A stretch of 63,934 bases of DNA, counting the filler, from Collodictyon triciliatum (Eukaryota), in NCBI GenBank assembly GCA_043381765.1. It is 5 parts of 5 records of this genome, joined end to end, with 100 filler letters (N's around TTAATTAATTAA, not from the genome) between each part and the next. Parts side by side here need not be neighbours in the genome. Positions count along the whole stretch, not along the records: positions 58,710 to 63,934 come from JBHJMP010001897.1; 4 more parts are not named here. One strand, given 5' to 3'. Below are positions 60,403-63,934 of the stretch, in pieces (within the stretch, counting starts at the first letter, position 1; every line of letters starts with the position of its first letter). The position numbers and the translations under genes were made by a program. A model generated the notes under the pieces. The model worked only from the letters and a program-made list of their open reading frames with translations. It did not search any database and had not been told where the DNA came from.

Positions 60403-61740
60403 ATGAGCGTCGTCATTTCTCCCTCGATCTTGTCCAGTGACTTTGCCATTCTAGCTCAGGAAGCAGCCAGGTTTGAGAAGCTTACCCACCCACTTTTCCT
60501 TATCTCGCTTATCTAAATTCCTATTCCAAGGTTTTTTTTATATAATTAGTTAAAATGATGTACTAGCAAATAATAATAAAAGAATGAATGCTATTGTATA
60601 TGTAAATCCTTCCCAACCAATTCTCTCTCCTTGAGTATAGGATGGAAGCCAGTGGTGCCGACGCGCTTCACGTGGATGTTATGGATGGGTGCGACCTTTA
60701 CTCACATCGTTTTTTTCTCCTTTACCTTTATTGAATCTTTGTCAGTATAGCAATACCCGCGTTTCTATTCCTATTCAACGGCTCAGCTATTCATACATAC
60801 ATTATTACCATGAAGCCACTTTGTGCCCAATCTGACCCTGGGTGCACCGATCGTAAAGAGTCTGCGGGCACACACGAAGCTTTTCCTGGACTGCCATTTG
60901 ATGGTTTCTCGTCCGGAGCAGTGGGTCAAGGATTTCGCCCAGGCTGGTGCAGACCAATACACCTTCCACATCGAAGCCACTGGTGATTAAAACCTGCATA
61001 CACGCTTTCCTTGAAGATAACCTCTATCGCCATCAAACCCCATTATCAGATGGAAATAAATCCTCTTTATTATTACTTCTATTATTAAGTATCATCTCTT
61101 GGAAATATATTGCGCACTTCATTTCTATCAACTCCTTTTCCATCAGAGGACCCCGCCGGCTTGATTAAGCAGATTAAGGATGCCGGAATGAAAGCCGGTA
61201 TTGCACTGAAGCCAAAGACACCGGCCGAGGATGTGTTTCCCTTTCTGGACATGGTCGACCTTGTCTTAGTCATGACTGTAGAGCCAGGCTTTGGTGGGCA
61301 GAAGTTCATGGAGGATATGATGCCAAAAGTCCGCCTGATCCGCGAAAAAAAGCCAGATATCAACATTCAGGTTTAAATCATCATGAATGCTTCTCCTTAC
61401 AAACTCAGCAAAAATTGTTGTATTTTTCCATTAGGCCCCCCTTACTATCTTTTCATCATAAATATTCCCTTATGGTTTTTACACCTTTTTCTTATTTTAA
61501 GTCCTTCGTGTATTTCGGTGGTTTGATTCATACACCGCTGTTTACCATTCTTCCATTCTTTTCTGTAATTTTTTTTTGGTAAAGGTCGATGGTGGACTGG
61601 ACGAGAAAACCATCAAGCCGGCTGCGGCTGCTGGTGCAAATAATATTGTTGCTGGGACTTCAATTTTCAAATCACCCAACCCCACCGAGACAATCACCGT
61701 TCTGCGCAACGAAGTCATCTCTCAAAAATCGTCTGCTTGA
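60403..61740 (+). CDS. RPE: Ribulose-phosphate 3-epimerase
   Basis: [67 protein letters not shown]; five coding exons. Confidence 0.97.
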
Positions 61741-62011
61741 AGGCGCGATAAATCTAAAGGCCAGCGGAAATAGTTCTCCGCACGTGAAATAGCTACAGAC
61801 TTTGTAATGATTGTGTTCGTACAATATACTCAACCGACTACATACTCAGACAGATGCCAAAAAAAATCATCTTAATATATTTATTTATTCGCTTTTTTAT
61901 GTAATATGGAGACGATTATTTCTTTATTTCTTTTGAAAAAAAAAAACCCCCTTTTCTTTTTTTTCCCTTTCTTCAGTCAGAGGGATATACATATGCAAAA
62001 TAACATGAAGT

Positions 62012-63572
62012 CTATGTGCTTTGTTTGGGGTTTTTGTTTGGGGCTCCGTCATGGACACCTATATATTCCCACGAACCGCAATGAACAACCCAGTTTTTGA
62101 AGACAGTAAGGATTTCCCAATGAATTCGAGTGCGCAGTGAATACAAAACCGAAAGACACGGCATCGCCTATAAGGTATTAATTCAGCTGATTGATTACCC
62201 CGAGAGCGGGTATAAAGAGTGGAAAAAAAAAAGACACTACAAAATCAAACAAATGCATTCCAATCAGTGGATGATTATCTTTTATATCGCACTCGGTATT
62301 TGCAATCTCCTGCACCAATAACGGTGCTCCAAGAAAACATGCTGGAAGACACTAACCTCAAACACCAAGAGTGGTATTAGCGCCACCCATATATCACGAA
62401 TATCATAGACAAGACTACGAAGAACGTAGGCAGATTGCAAGAAAAATGCCAGACTGCAAATCAGTGCAACAACTCCAATCTGTCGAACATAAAAAAAGCG
62501 TCCAAGTTGGTTTGATACGAGAAGATGATAACAAAACTTGTCCTGCATTTATAGATTCACATTACATATCTTCTTAATATAAGTGATTATCATAGAGGAA
62601 ATTGAATAGTCGGACTCACTTTGAGGGCTCTTTTTCTTCTACTCTCGCTTGGTGGAGATGATATCCCTGACGAAAGTTTCTTACATATCTTACGACCAAA
62701 GAACACAAACCCAATTGCAATGCAGGGTGAAAGGGAGGCCAAGTAAATGTAATAAACACATTTTAGAACCTTAATCGACCTCTATGTATCAAAATTAAGT
62801 AAAATAATTAAGACGAGCTCTGTGGACGACATCCAAGAAATCTAAAAAACAGATCAACTCAATATTCCTCAGGAAATCTACAAATTTTTTTGAATAAATA
62901 AATAATATATAACTCACTTAAAGAGGCATCTAGTACGAGAAGGATAAAAAAATGTGAGGTATGTGGTGGCATTTGAGATATAGTAAGAGCGTTTAAAAAC
63001 AGTTGACGATATATCAACAACAATCGCTTTGGAGGACAAGTCAGCCCTATAAACGCATGAGAAGAGATTAAAAGTGATACATATACATACATATTTTGTT
63101 GCATAGAAGCCTTGAAATATAAGAGAAATACCATGGCATCACAAGCGTGGTGTAGGTTGAATAAAATATCATTATAGGAGCATCATACAGAAATAGTTGT
63201 GTAGTGGGGCCATATTTAATTCCTCCATTAAGATAAACAGTCAAATATACTATGGGAACTGGAAAAATAACACCATAAATATTATTTTGGTGATATTGTA
63301 AAATATTAGCCAATTTCGATTTTTCTAGTTTCCCTTTTGTTACACACATAAGAATCGAAAACTTACAGATGGAAAACAAGGCTATTTGCGAATAAATGAC
63401 ACATTGAGCCGCCGACTTTTTTCTAATTACTGCCACGCATAGCTTTAAAAAGGAGTAGTAACAGAGTATTGAAAAGATACAGACGGTGAAGTAGACCGAT
63501 ATATGCCCTTGTAAATCATCTATCTATGTACAAGGAAAGTGAATGAGTATACCGCAAACCTACTGGCATCAT
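62012..63572 (-). CDS. Multi-pass membrane protein, THH1/TOM1/GPR137-like
   Basis: Successive hydrophobic exons, e.g. FLYDAPIMIFYSTYTTLVMPW, IGFVFFGRKI, RKRALKIGVVALICSLAFFLQS, LLVFEAMPCLSVLY. The ends are approximate. Confidence 0.6.
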
Positions 63573-63934
63573 TATTTGGAGTATATATGGCAAGGGGACG
63601 AAAGAATGAGCAGATTTTTTTTTCCCTTTATTCGATTCAAAGTGTAGCGAGGTTATGCCTTTCGAGGGGCGGGATGGTGCGCATGGTAGAGAGCAAATGC
63701 GAGTAAGAGAAGACACTACCGTGGAGAGGGTAGCACTGGAAAGAAATTAGTGATAGCGAGTTGGTCAGGAGGGCGTCCCAACTGGTTGATTGGTTGCGTG
63801 GGTAGCAGAGGTTGGATGTGCTGTGGGAGATATCGCACGACACATTCCCACATCTCTCTTCGCTTGCGGTCAGAGTAGCGAAGAATACGAGCGTGTTTCA
63901 GCAGGCTGTTCAGAAAGCTGTATTGCACGAGGCT

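Overview
Eukaryotic, intron-rich, AT-rich draft scaffold with N-gaps and many intronic microsatellites. The gene content (notably a TirA-like architecture) suggests an amoebozoan-type protist; this is an inference. Splicing exons by hand gives about 18 gene models. In order: the 5' ~12 kb of an RNF213/mysterin-like AAA+ protein (-), an NlpC/P60-fold protein (+), a transmembrane class III cyclase lacking its catalytic residues (+), an SVOP-like MFS transporter (-), a SWIRM protein (+), a spliced 83-aa TatA/TatB-like gene missed by the ORF track (+), a helical-repeat/MYND protein (-), eIF4G (+), a bacterial-type LpqC/PHB-depolymerase-like esterase (-), a BRCT-RCC1-ankyrin-TIR protein with a GLEBS-like motif (+), a PHO80-type cyclin (+), clathrin light chain (-), a B-box/coiled-coil gene that may overlap it (+), an orphan membrane protein (-), ribulose-phosphate 3-epimerase (+) and a TOM1/GPR137-like multi-pass membrane protein (-). 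The most interesting signals are the nuclear TatA/B-like gene, the TIR protein with a GLEBS-like motif, the RNF213-like gene, the pseudo-cyclase and the eIF4G microexon. All family assignments come from motif recognition; no searches were run.
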